Of a stretch of DNA of 64,000 bases, positions 28,006-37,384 are shown one piece after another. A program made the position numbers and the translations under genes. Location: NCBI GenBank assembly GCA_007376135.1, contig VMFR01000001.1, positions 206,554 through 270,553 on the forward strand. The letters run 5' to 3'. Every line of letters begins with the position of its first letter. Positions within the stretch are counted from its first letter, which is position 1. The notes under the pieces were generated by a model, which saw nothing but the letters and a program-made list of their open reading frames with translations, was not told where the DNA came from and searched no databases. The stretch is from Parcubacteria group bacterium Gr01-1014_31 (lineage in GTDB: Bacteria > Patescibacteriota > Patescibacteriia > Buchananbacterales > GWA2-38-13).

Positions 28006-31000
28006 CTAGCTGCCATCAACAGGCGTCGGGGTCGGCGTTGGCGACACGGTCGGCGATTCCTCGGTCACGACCGGTTCATCGGACGGCTCCGGCGGCAAAA
28101 CAGCATCGGTTTCCGGTGAAGTTGTGGCAGTATCGTCCGTCGGCGTAGGCGTCGGGGTCGGACTGGGCTCGGGCGTTGGCGATGGGGTGGGTTCCGGCGT
28201 TGGTTCCGGGGTCGGTGACGGCGATGGCGTGGGGGTCGGTTCCACGACCGGCTCCTCTACTTTGCTGACGGGAGCGACCAATTCCTCGGGGCTGGGTTCC
28301 GGCGTCGGGGTCGGCGACGGAGACGCCAGAAGCTCTTCATTCACGGGCTCGAACGCGATCGGGCTGGAGTAGTCATCCGACGGGAAGAGCGCGTCCCACT
28401 CCGCATCGGTCAGCAATGCCGCGTCCTCCACTTCCGGTTCATCCGGCAGCTCGCTGACCACGCCGACCTCCTCGGCCGGTTCGCCGTCGCAGGTTTCGCC
28501 GGTGTTGTCGTCGCCGGGCGTCGGGCACGGGTCCACCCAGTCGCCCGTGCCGTCCGGCACGCGAGCGTAGGAATTGCCCTCGCCTTTCTCACTGGTCCAA
28601 ATGAATTCGTCCAGCAGCGCGCCGTTGCCGCCGATCTCGCGGTTGTACAGCCGCACGCGGTCCCCGCTGTTGTTCAGATTGAAGTCCGAATCGCCGTTAC
28701 GGTAGACCACCATCTGCCCGCCCGCCGCAATGGTCGTGGTGCCGGTGTCCGTGTTGAAGGCGCCAATATCCAGCTCATTGCCGTTGCTGCTGTCGTACAG
28801 CATCCACCCGGCCAGGGAAATAGGCTTGCCGGAACGGTTATAGAGCTCCACCCATTCGCCATTGGGTTTGCCGGCGTCATCGGCGCCAGCGGGGTTGGGC
28901 AGCACTTCGTTCAGCACTACCTCCTGCTGCCCGGTCGGCGAGCAGCCGTCCCATGGGATGAGGTTGCCGTCGTCGCACTGTTCATCCTGTTCCAGCACGC
29001 CGTTGCCGTAGCCCGGCAGGATGCACTGGCCGGCGTTCGGATTCTCGTCCTCGTAGAAATTGTAGATACGGGCGGCGACGTACGCGGCGCGCGCCAGGTC
29101 ATCGCGGGTGGCGCTGCCGTTGGCGATGTACTGCTCCACAGCGGCGATCGCCTGCTGCACCGTCGACGTCGGGCTTAAGCCAAGAACGTCGAAGGCGGCA
29201 TTCCCGTCGTCGGAACCGCCCAAGAGCGCGTCCAGACGCAGACGGCCGGCCGAGACGTTGGCCTCATCGGCCAGGACGTGCGCCTTGGCGCGGCAGCGCT
29301 GGCCGGAAACCGTGCCGCCGCTCGGGCAGTTGCTGGTGTTCACATTGGCGCAGACTTGCGGCCCGGTGATGCCGACAAAGACATCCGAGAAACCGTCCGA
29401 CAACACGCTGACCTCGTCGGCCCAGATGCTGGACGTCGGGCAGCCGTCGTTGTTGCGGTAGTAGCCGATGGACAGGGCCGAGCACTCATTGGTCAGCGGC
29501 TCACAGGTCGTCGAGCAGTTGCTGCCCGGCTGGCCGTTCTGGGTCCCTTCGTCGCACTGTTCGGTCTGACCGAAGGAATTGGGCGTCTGTACCGTGCCGT
29601 CGCCGCACCAGTTGGTCGGCGTACAGGTGTTGTCACAGTCGTCGAAATTATTGGTGTTGCCGTCGTCGCACTGCTCCGGGGCTTCCACGGTGCCATTGCC
29701 GCACTCCGGCGCGACCGTGCAGTCGTTCCGGCAGGCGTCCTCGTCATTCGTATTGCCATCGTCGCACTGCTCCGTTTCCTGGTTGACGATGCCGTCGCCG
29801 CAGCGGACCGGGATGGGGCACAGCACCACTTCATCAACGGCGTAGCTGTCGCCGCCGCGCAACTTGAGCTGGCGGATGCCCGTCGTCTGATCGCCGGTTA
29901 TCTTTTGCACCGAGTTACCGCCCTTGGTCGGCACGGGGATGGAGAACACCTGCGCGGTGCCACTCGCGTCTGCGTACCCGACCACCTCGCCGGTGCTGTT
30001 GTCCAGGTCAATATACTTGACCGAGGAGAACGCCATCGGTTGAGCAAAGGTGAAACGGAGGGAACCGCCGGCCGGTTCGTCGTTCGGGTCATCCACGTCG
30101 CCGTCGGCGGGGGCCGTGTCCACCACGTTGTCGGGGATGATGAGGAGGTTGTGCAGCGCCGTCGCGTTGGACGGTTCCTTGCCGTCGCCGCTCTCGCTGT
30201 TGCCCGGGCCGCCGAACTGGAGGTTGGGGGTGCCCAGGTCCACGTCCACGATGCCGTCGCCGTTGACGCCGCCCGTCGGGGTGTCGGAATCAAAGGTGAT
30301 CCCCACCTGCGGATGCCCGGCGTTGTAGTTGTGCGCGGTGACGGCGATACCCCACGGCAGGTATTCGCCGTCAATGAATTGGCCGCGGCGTATCACGCCG
30401 CCGTTCGCGTCGGTGTCAAAATCCAAAGTGATGGCGTTTTCGCACACGCCGTCCTGGTAGTTGCCGAAGTCCAAGTTGGAGGCAAACTCGCCCTGCGCCA
30501 GGGTCACGTTGATGTTTACTGGCGTGCTGTGGGTCCAGCCGTCGCGGTCCTCTTCCATCACCGTGTAGCTGCCCGCGTTCAAACCGGAGAATTCATAGTA
30601 CCCGGCCGTGTCCGTCACGGCCCCGCCCACGGCATCGCCCGAAAGCGTTATCTGCCAGCCGGGAATCGCGGGTTCGCCCGCGTCCCAAACACCGTCCTTG
30701 TCCAAGTCGTTGAACTTGTGGCCGGACAGGCCGCCGCGGCGCTCTTCCTGCTTGTTGCCGAAGTCCACGACCGTTTCGCATCTGCCGAGGTACACGGCCA
30801 CGCTGTCGTCTGTGGTGGATATCCAGCCGTTCTGCGGCGCCTCGGTCACGATGTAGTCGCCGAAGTCCAGGTTCCCGAACTGGTAGTTGCCGTTCGAGTC
30901 CGTCACCTGGTTGCCGAGGTCGCGCGCCGCCAGCCAGTTCTGGAAATCGCCCAGGTCGCCGGACGGAAGCGCGAGGGAGGAGTCATTGTTGAAATCACAC

Positions 31001-31380
31001 TGCGTGCCGGCGGGACACGTTGCCCCGTCCACGATAACGTCTTCCAGCACGCCGTAGTCGTTGGAATCGTTAAATCCGTTGCCGTTGTAATCAAATTCAG
31101 CGGCATAGGGCCCGCGCTTCAGCTCAATGACCCAGTTCTCCAGGCCCGGCTCGCCCGCGTCGCGGATACCGTCGCCGTCCAGGTCGTTGAACTTGGTCCC
31201 GTGGAGCACGACCTCCTCGCACCGCGGCGTGATGCGGGCCGTGACGTTCACGACCGAAGCCTCAAAGGCCGCAATGACCGGCAGCTGGGTGAGCACCACC
31301 GCAAACGCGACCAGCGAAGCACCCACACGCTTGGTAGCGGTGAGCACGCGCTTCGTCAGTTTTTTAGTTCGTGACCTCAT
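28006..31380 (-). CDS. Large multidomain adhesin with SipW-type N-terminus, Cna-B/SdrD-B-like repeats, DUF4215-like repeats and lamin-tail (LTD) domain
   Basis: IA|[13 protein letters not shown]; [16 protein letters not shown] twice; CGDG..EQCDDGN repeats; [23 protein letters not shown]. Confidence 0.85.
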   Translation of the reverse strand: MRSRTKKLTKRVLTATKRVGASLVAFAVVLTQLPVIAAFEASVVNVTARITPRCEEVVLHGTKFNDLDGDGIRDAGEPGLENWVIELKRGPYAAEFDYNGNGFNDSNDYGVLEDVIVDGATCPAGTQCDFNNDSSLALPSGDLGDFQNWLAARDLGNQVTDSNGNYQFGNLDFGDYIVTEAPQNGWISTTDDSVAVYLGRCETVVDFGNKQEERRGGLSGHKFNDLDKDGVWDAGEPAIPGWQITLSGDAVGGAVTDTAGYYEFSGLNAGSYTVMEEDRDGWTHSTPVNINVTLAQGEFASNLDFGNYQDGVCENAITLDFDTDANGGVIRRGQFIDGEYLPWGIAVTAHNYNAGHPQVGITFDSDTPTGGVNGDGIVDVDLGTPNLQFGGPGNSESGDGKEPSNATALHNLLIIPDNVVDTAPADGDVDDPNDEPAGGSLRFTFAQPMAFSSVKYIDLDNSTGEVVGYADASGTAQVFSIPVPTKGGNSVQKITGDQTTGIRQLKLRGGDSYAVDEVVLCPIPVRCGDGIVNQETEQCDDGNTNDEDACRNDCTVAPECGNGTVEAPEQCDDGNTNNFDDCDNTCTPTNWCGDGTVQTPNSFGQTEQCDEGTQNGQPGSNCSTTCEPLTNECSALSIGYYRNNDGCPTSSIWADEVSVLSDGFSDVFVGITGPQVCANVNTSNCPSGGTVSGQRCRAKAHVLADEANVSAGRLRLDALLGGSDDGNAAFDVLGLSPTSTVQQAIAAVEQYIANGSATRDDLARAAYVAARIYNFYEDENPNAGQCILPGYGNGVLEQDEQCDDGNLIPWDGCSPTGQQEVVLNEVLPNPAGADDAGKPNGEWVELYNRSGKPISLAGWMLYDSSNGNELDIGAFNTDTGTTTIAAGGQMVVYRNGDSDFNLNNSGDRVRLYNREIGGNGALLDEFIWTSEKGEGNSYARVPDGTGDWVDPCPTPGDDNTGETCDGEPAEEVGVVSELPDEPEVEDAALLTDAEWDALFPSDDYSSPIAFEPVNEELLASPSPTPTPEPSPEELVAPVSKVEEPVVEPTPTPSPSPTPEPTPEPTPSPTPEPSPTPTPTPTDDTATTSPETDAVLPPEPSDEPVVTEESPTVSPTPTPTPVDGS

Positions 31381-31388
31381 GGTGAGAA

Positions 31389-31417
31389 CGTATCTAGTAT
31401 CTGGTATCTCGTATTTA
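31389..31417. repeat. 7-mer tandem array (TATCTAG-type), left arm
   Basis: cgtatctagtatctggtatctcgtattta; reverse complement of the arm at 31795..31824. Confidence 0.8.
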
Positions 31418-31783
31418 GGTAAAGGATTTGCACTTTTTGATCAGACCATTCAGTAACTTATGAACTTCAACGGTCAGTTTTGCGATGGTCTGGAATTTAT
31501 CGTTCGTAATATATTTAACGTCGCGCGCAACGAGTAATTGGTTCTGTAATTCCGTTACTGATCCCTCCGCGAATGAATAAAAGTGTAATTTCTCTTTCCA
31601 GGATTGGCGGCTAAAGCCTTCGGCGATATTGGAAGTGATGGATACTGCGCTCCGGCGCATCTGACTGACCAGCCCGAATGTTTCGTCTTTTGGAAACCCT
31701 TTTGTCGTCTGATAGATCTGGAGGACCAACTGATGCCCCTGCTGCCACGTTGTTAAATTCGTGAAGTTTTTAATTTTTTCCAT
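31415..31783 (-). CDS. Four-helix-bundle protein (23S rRNA IVP / TIGR02436 family)
   Basis: [45 protein letters not shown]; lower GC than neighbours. Confidence 0.93.
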   Translation of the reverse strand: MEKIKNFTNLTTWQQGHQLVLQIYQTTKGFPKDETFGLVSQMRRSAVSITSNIAEGFSRQSWKEKLHFYSFAEGSVTELQNQLLVARDVKYITNDKFQTIAKLTVEVHKLLNGLIKKCKSFT

Positions 31784-31794
31784 TTTTATATTCG

Positions 31795-31824
31795 CTAGAT
31801 ACTAGATACTACATACTAGATACT
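31795..31824. repeat. 7-mer tandem array (CTAGATA-type), right arm
   Basis: ctagatactagatactacatactagatact. Confidence 0.8.
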
Positions 31825-31831
31825 CCGCCTT

Positions 31832-32395
31832 TCACTTCTGCACCTTCTTACTCACCATTATGGAAATGAACCCCAGCTTCGGTATCCGCACCGGTTTGCC
31901 CGACGACCAGTTCAGCGTGCGGCCGATGACGGTAGTGACGGCGACTGGCTTATCATCCACGTTGTTGGCGTCGCCGCGGGTGGTGATCTCACCTTTGGCG
32001 GTGTCAATTTCCTTGATGCGGTGGATGGTGAACCCGCGCTCGTTGGTGTAGACCACGATGTCCCCGACCTTCAGCTCTTCGGCGGAGACGGCCTGCACCA
32101 GGATGAGGTCCCCGACCTTCAGTTCGGGCCACATGGACCCGGACGTGATTGCCGCCATCGGGTACTCGGTCTTCAGCCACCTGGACAGCCCAATGGGCAG
32201 CCCCCACACCAGCAGGGCGACGAACCCGACGTAGACGACCACGTTCAGGACCAGTTTCAGGATGCGCCGCGACATCGGCTTTTTCTTTTTCTCCGACATC
32301 CTGGGCGTCACCGTGGAACGCTCGATACCGGCCGCTGCCGCATCGGTGCCCTCCATCTGCGGCGTCGCGGATTCGTTGTTTTGTTCTTCTGACAT
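31832..32395 (-). CDS. sipW: Signal peptidase I, SipW/ER-type (S26B)
   Basis: TSGSMWPELKVGD, GDIVVY, TIHRI (Ser-His type), TRGDAN. Confidence 0.88.
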   Translation of the reverse strand: MSEEQNNESATPQMEGTDAAAAGIERSTVTPRMSEKKKKPMSRRILKLVLNVVVYVGFVALLVWGLPIGLSRWLKTEYPMAAITSGSMWPELKVGDLILVQAVSAEELKVGDIVVYTNERGFTIHRIKEIDTAKGEITTRGDANNVDDKPVAVTTVIGRTLNWSSGKPVRIPKLGFISIMVSKKVQK

Positions 32396-32412
32396 TGTAA
32401 GGTGCAGTCCGG

Positions 32413-32515
32413 TGAATTAGGAATCAGGAATAAGGAATTATGCGCCGCAGCATCCCTTATTACTAACTCCTAATTCATGCCGTTCCCTAATTCCTAATTC
32501 TTAATTCCCTATTCG
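32413..32515. repeat. Inverted 7-mer arrays (GAATTAG / CTAATTC) forming an intergenic hairpin
   Basis: gaattaggaatcaggaataaggaattat ... cctaattcctaattcttaattccctattc. Confidence 0.75.
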
Positions 32516-33028
32516 CTAAAACAACTTGGGCCACTTGAATATCATCACCCGTCCGCTGTACTTGCGGTATTGCGCCGACGACGGGATGCGGACATTGAAC
32601 TCCAGCTTCACCTCTTCGCCCGGCTGCAGCGTGAATTTCGCCGGCCGGTCCACTTTCATCAGCTCGGCCAGCTCGCCGGATTTCACCACCCAGATGGTCT
32701 TTGCCATTTTGCCGGGGTTTTTCAGGTTGATGAAGCGGGAAGCTCCGGTGTCGCGCGACAGGTCGCCAAAGTCCAGGCGCTCGGCCGTCGGGTTGACGCC
32801 GACTCGGTCGGTGCCCTCCACCACCTGCACGATGGCCTGGTAGCGTTCGGCTGCCATCACCTGCACGCCGATAAACCACACGACCGCAATGGCGCCGATC
32901 AACAGGAACGCCTGCTTCTTGGTCCACTGCTTGCGCGGCTTTTTCGGCGCAGCAACCGGAGCCGGCGCCGGAGCAGCCTGCGTCGTATTCGGTACTTGAG
33001 GTTCTGCGCTTGGCATCTGGGGTTCCAT
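32516..33028 (-). CDS. Small membrane-anchored or secreted beta-sandwich protein of the fibre cluster
   Basis: One hydrophobic helix ending VMA-A; LDFGDL motif echoing LDFGMV/IQFGTV of the paralogs. Confidence 0.75.
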   Translation of the reverse strand: MEPQMPSAEPQVPNTTQAAPAPAPVAAPKKPRKQWTKKQAFLLIGAIAVVWFIGVQVMAAERYQAIVQVVEGTDRVGVNPTAERLDFGDLSRDTGASRFINLKNPGKMAKTIWVVKSGELAELMKVDRPAKFTLQPGEEVKLEFNVRIPSSAQYRKYSGRVMIFKWPKLF

Positions 33029-33036
33029 AGATCGGT

Positions 33037-33238
33037 GAATTAGGAATTTCGAATTATGAATTGGGGGTGCGGTTTTTGGAATTTTTGTCTCAGGCGCCTA
33101 ATTCCTGATTCATAATTCCTTATTCCCCGTATTAACTCCCCATCCCCCTCCGCCCCTTTGGTTGGTGAAGTATGAAGTTCGAATTATGAATAAGGGTATC
33201 GGTTGCCCAATTCCTGATTCATAATTCCTTATTCTTCA
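33037..33238. repeat. Two further inverted 7-mer hairpins (GAATTAT / ATAATTC type)
   Basis: gaattaggaatttcgaattatgaattgg..cctaattcctgattcataattccttattc, and a second copy at 33166..33238. Confidence 0.75.
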
Positions 33239-33290
33239 CGAAACCGCAGGGACGAAGGGCGGATTGGCAGTCAATCGAAGCAGAAATGCC

Positions 33291-34628
33291 TTACGGAACG
33301 GGCTCTGGGGTCGGCTCCGGCGTCGGCGACGGCAGCGGGTCAACCCCATTTTGGGTGAGGTTGTCGATGGCCGTCACTTCAAACCACAGGTCGCAGCCAA
33401 ACACCTCGTGCTCCAGCTCCGGAGGGAGCATGTAGTCATTCGGGTCGGCCGCTGGATTGTGGCTACGGACGAAGTCCGCCCAGTCCTGGGCGCAGGCGCC
33501 CTTGAAACAGGGCACCGGCAGGTCGATGATCCACGTGTCGCCCACGTCCGTACCCGTCTTTTTGATCTTGCCGCGGGCAACGGATGTTGCCAGCTCAGGG
33601 TCATGGAAGGCGGGCACCCCGTAGTCATTGGCCACCGGATGGTTGTCCGGCGTCTTTGACAGGTAGGGGCAGAGGGATGGATAGCACTTTTCCAAGTACG
33701 TTGTCCACACCGTATCGGACGAGTCGTACGGGGTCGTCGGAAGGTTGAGGTGGCAGTAATCGCGTGCGACCGTCACCCCAACCTCCTGCAAGAATCCGTC
33801 CCGCGGCTTGGGTTTCTGCTTGATCACGTAGTGCACCGTGGAAACGCGGGTCTGGTCGGTTTCCGAAAAGGATTCGCTGAAGGTGACAAAGGTGCCACGC
33901 TCCAGATACTCCTGCGGGAACACGGTGCCATGGTTATCCGGGTCCTGGACGTAGTCTGCCGGATCCGCGGTCGGGTTGATTCCGTGGACGTAGTCCTCCC
34001 AGTCCTGGGCGCAGAAACCGTCAAAGCACGGAACCTTCAGGTCGATCTTCCACTGGTCGCGAACGTCATCGTTTGACTTGGCCAGATAACCAATGGCCTC
34101 GAGCCAAGAAATGGACGACGTCGAAACCGTGAACGGCTGGTGGAATGCGGCGACCTCAACCTCGTTAATTTCGACACCATCTGCACCCTTGTGCTTGGAC
34201 AGGTAGGGGCAGAGTGACGGTAGTACGCCCCAGTCCGCGCCCTCGGGCATGTTTTCCGGCCGAGGACCACAATCAATACGGTAACCGCCCTGACCATCTA
34301 AAACGACATGGCCAGTGGCCGTCGGGAAGTCCAACATCACGGTTCCGCCGTCGGTGGTAACTGCGCACTTGGGCTTCTGGCGAATCATGTACTGGACATC
34401 ATCCGCGTCCTTTTCGTCCAAGAACGAGCCAGAAAGCTGAACATCAAAAACCTTGTCCAGCTGCTCCTGCGGGAATACGGTGCCGTAGCGGATTTCCTTG
34501 ATCGGTACTTCCAAGGCGTTCTCGATGCGCGCCGTCACGTTGATGACGTGTGCCTCAAAGGCGGCGAACATTGGGACCGATGCGACGGCCAATGCCAGCG
34601 CCGAGAAGCCGAACAAAACTTTCTTCAT
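33291..34628 (-). CDS. TasA-like fibre subunit with two tandem Cys-rich domains
   Basis: AGGAG SD; MKKVLFGFSALALAVASVPMFA|AFEAHVINVTARIENAL; two copies of GTVFPQE..KPK..LCPYLSK..PCFxGxCAQDW. Confidence 0.85.
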   Translation of the reverse strand: MKKVLFGFSALALAVASVPMFAAFEAHVINVTARIENALEVPIKEIRYGTVFPQEQLDKVFDVQLSGSFLDEKDADDVQYMIRQKPKCAVTTDGGTVMLDFPTATGHVVLDGQGGYRIDCGPRPENMPEGADWGVLPSLCPYLSKHKGADGVEINEVEVAAFHQPFTVSTSSISWLEAIGYLAKSNDDVRDQWKIDLKVPCFDGFCAQDWEDYVHGINPTADPADYVQDPDNHGTVFPQEYLERGTFVTFSESFSETDQTRVSTVHYVIKQKPKPRDGFLQEVGVTVARDYCHLNLPTTPYDSSDTVWTTYLEKCYPSLCPYLSKTPDNHPVANDYGVPAFHDPELATSVARGKIKKTGTDVGDTWIIDLPVPCFKGACAQDWADFVRSHNPAADPNDYMLPPELEHEVFGCDLWFEVTAIDNLTQNGVDPLPSPTPEPTPEPVP

Positions 34629-34677
34629 AATGGTTTGCTCCTTTTTAGGGTATTAGGTGCGTACTTGTTACTTTTTA

Positions 34678-35114
34678 AGTAACTCACCCCATACAGGAAT
34701 CACTCCTGTCCTCCGGGGGAATTGCGCCCGCAATCCCACGTTCCGGGATCGGGCAAGGTACTTAATGAGCTTGAGGCCACCCACGCCTGTTCCGTGGAGG
34801 AACGGAAGAGGTGTGGGTTCGACTTTTGGCCGCAAGTGATTGTCAACCCTTCGATAGGATCTGCTCAGGGTTGCCCTGAGCGCCGCCGAACGGGCAATTG
34901 GGCGGAACGTCCCGCCAACGGCGGGAATGTTGTCCTCCCATCCCCCAGCCTCTTCCCGATAAGGGGCTGGGTCAATGGACGGACAACCGACTCCTCGTCA
35001 TCCCGGCACCCTCACCCTATCCCTCTCCCCGAGGGAGAGGGTGGCCGGAGGCCGGGTGAGGGCCGGAATGACGGTTTAGTTACGGTTGGTCAATGGTACA
35101 GACTACCCGCCTAC
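34678..35114 (-). ncRNA. Candidate structured leader RNA, copy B
   Basis: Six sequence blocks shared in order with 36517..36855, separated by different hairpins. Confidence 0.6.
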
Positions 35115-35134
35115 ATCACTACCTAACTTCACGT

Positions 35135-36451
35135 CTACTCCGGGCAGGACGCCAGCTTCTCCAATTCGGCCTGCAGCGTCGCAAAGTCGGCGGCCGAGAA
35201 GTAGTGCGCGTCGTTGGTGGCAATGGTCTTCAGGTAGGTGGCGTCCACGTCGCCGCCGATGCCGACCACGTAGATTTCCACACCTGCCGCCTTGGCCGCG
35301 TCAGCGGCGGTCTTGGCAGCGGCCTTGTCAAGCGTCACGTCGCCGTTCGGGCGGTTCGGGTTGCCATCGGTCATGATGACCATGACGTCCGGCACTGCTG
35401 GACGCTCGTGCGGGTCGGCGCTGTCCAATTCACCGGTCGCAAGTTCAATACCTTCCTTGAGGTTGGTGAACCCGCCGTTGACCAGGGCGTCAATGGCAGC
35501 GTTGATGGTCGAGGTCGCATCGCTCAAGTGCAGGTCCAGTGTGCCCGTGTCCGAGAAACTGCTTTGCCCGACGTGGGTTCCTGCCGTGGACGGGTTGACC
35601 GCGGTTACGAAGGCCTTGGCAGCTGTCTTCAGGTCGCCTAACTCCGTGGAATCAATGCTGCCGGAGCGGTCAATGACCAGCATCATATCCAGGGTCTTGC
35701 AGCCCAAGCCTGGCAGCGAAATCCCGAACACTTCTATCCATAGGTCGCACCCAAAGATCTGGTGCTCGTTGGAACTCGGCTGGATGTATTCGGTCGGGGT
35801 CGCCGAGGGATTTGCGTCATGGACGAAATCGGCCCAATCCTGCGCGCACTGGCCCTCAAAACACGGGGTCTTGAGGTCAATGAGCCAGCGGTCGCCCGTG
35901 TCCTCCTGGGACTTGGCCAGGTGACCGGTTACCTGCGTGTCCAGCGTGGTCTGCAGCGTCCAGCCGTCAATAACGCCATGGAACGCCGGGATTCCCTGCG
36001 AGTCGTTCTCCGTCACGAGGCCATCTGGGGAAACCTCATGCTTGGACAGGTAGGGGCAAAGCAACGGCAGCGGTACATAGCCATCCGGGCAGATGAACAC
36101 GCCCGTATCCTTGTTGTGGCCGATGACCGCAGCGTAACCCTCATATTGAACCGGGTCCGTATTCGCGATCGGCAAACCACACTTGGGCTTCTGCCGGATC
36201 ATGTAGTCAATGTCATCCACGCGCCCCTCGTCGACGAACGACTGGGACAGCGCGATGCTGATGAACTTGTCCAGCTTTTCCTGCGGGAAGACCGTGCCGA
36301 ACTGGATGGGCTCGGTGTTCACCGCCAACGCGTTCTCAATTCTCGCCGTAACGTTAATGACGTGCGCTTCGAATGCCGCGAACATCGGCACCGACGCGAC
36401 CGCCAACGCCAGGGCGGAAAGAGAAAGCAACGCTTTCTTCATAGTTTGCAA
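35135..36451 (-). CDS. TasA-like fibre subunit fused to vWA domain
   Basis: Same signal and N-terminal strand as 33291; IQFGTVFPQEKLDK, LCPYLSK, CAQDW, FGCDLW; MIDAS DRSGS..TNLKEGI..MTDG. Confidence 0.88.
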   Translation of the reverse strand: MQTMKKALLSLSALALAVASVPMFAAFEAHVINVTARIENALAVNTEPIQFGTVFPQEKLDKFISIALSQSFVDEGRVDDIDYMIRQKPKCGLPIANTDPVQYEGYAAVIGHNKDTGVFICPDGYVPLPLLCPYLSKHEVSPDGLVTENDSQGIPAFHGVIDGWTLQTTLDTQVTGHLAKSQEDTGDRWLIDLKTPCFEGQCAQDWADFVHDANPSATPTEYIQPSSNEHQIFGCDLWIEVFGISLPGLGCKTLDMMLVIDRSGSIDSTELGDLKTAAKAFVTAVNPSTAGTHVGQSSFSDTGTLDLHLSDATSTINAAIDALVNGGFTNLKEGIELATGELDSADPHERPAVPDVMVIMTDGNPNRPNGDVTLDKAAAKTAADAAKAAGVEIYVVGIGGDVDATYLKTIATNDAHYFSAADFATLQAELEKLASCPE

Positions 36452-36516
36452 TTTTCTGGCTAAGTACCTAGCACTTCGTACTTAGCACTGAGAACTTATT
36501 ACTTAGAACTTCGTTC

Positions 36517-36855
36517 AGTGACTCGCCCCGCACTTGAAAGCGTGCCCTCCGGGAGCCTGCGCCCGCACCTTCCAGTATGGAGCTAGCCACTGCATTGGAC
36601 TTCCACTACACCCCGCCTTTGGCGGGTTCGACCTTTTGCAGCGGAATAAAATGTAAGGTTCCTCGGGAGTATATTGTCCTCCCATTTCCGGTCCCCTCAC
36701 TCGGCCAGGTGAGGGCACGGGTCAATGGACGGATAACCGACTCCTAGTCGTCCCCGCCCCCATTTTCATGGGGGTAAACTCCAGCGGGGATGATGCATGG
36801 CTCGGGAATGACGGTTTGGTTACGGTTGGTCAATGCTGCGGTTCTACCCGCCTAC
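36517..36855 (-). ncRNA. Candidate structured leader RNA, copy A
   Basis: Block conservation with 34678..35114, e.g. + strand gggtcaatggacggaYaaccgactcct and ggaatgacggtttRgttacggttggtcaatg. Confidence 0.6.
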
Positions 36856-36967
36856 CCAACTACTTTACCTACCCAACTCTTCCTGCGCCCGTGACGGTCG
36901 CTCCCGGGTGTACGTCAGCCGTAAGCCAACGTACACCCGGCGGCAACCGTCGCCGCCGTTTTCGGAA

Positions 36968-37225
36968 TCAAGCGTAGAGAGGACAATGGGAACAGTGCGC
37001 GGCAAGCCGGCAAAAGACGTTCTTGCCCACGCGGTTCTTGGCGATAAGCCCGGCTTTCTGCAGCTGGTTGAGGTGGAAGGTAACGGTCGGCTGGCGCAGG
37101 CCGGTCAGCTTGACCAGCGACGACACCGACGAGTTCTTGTTCCCCGCTTTCATTAGGTGGTAGAAGATCTGGAATCGAGCTGGCACCGCGATGGATTTTA
37201 GGCACTTCAGGCACTTTGGTTTCAT
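36968..37225 (-). CDS. ArsR/SmtB-family transcriptional regulator with Cys/His-rich termini
   Basis: ARFQIFYHL..VSSLVKLTGLRQPTVTFHLNQLQKAGLI; N-terminal CxxC and C-terminal C..HCSHC. Confidence 0.85.
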   Translation of the reverse strand: MKPKCLKCLKSIAVPARFQIFYHLMKAGNKNSSVSSLVKLTGLRQPTVTFHLNQLQKAGLIAKNRVGKNVFCRLAAHCSHCPLYA

Positions 37226-37384
37226 AGGTTGCAGTCTATAACTTCGATAGATGGTTGTCTATATGCGTTCGCCCGGATAAATTGGCCATCAGGGAGCGCG
37301 GCAGGGAGAACCGTTGAGATGCCAATGGAGCGCAAAAGCGTTCAGATGTACCTTCCTCCCCTCCTCCAAGGGGTACAACGCGAC

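Noticed and set aside
32413-33238. CRISPR array
   Set aside because: Repeats are degenerate 7-mers in inverted arms, not 25-40 nt direct repeats with unique spacers; no cas genes.
35103-35114. RfaH ops element (ggcgggtag)
   Set aside because: Does not match GGCGGTAG exactly and lies within a low-complexity ctac-repeat; no NusG paralog in the window.
36600-36650. c-di-GMP-I riboswitch (aaaggtcgaacccgccaaaggcgggg resembles its first hairpin)
   Set aside because: The following GACGCAAAGC and receptor stem are absent, and copy B has a different stem; kept only as an unknown leader.
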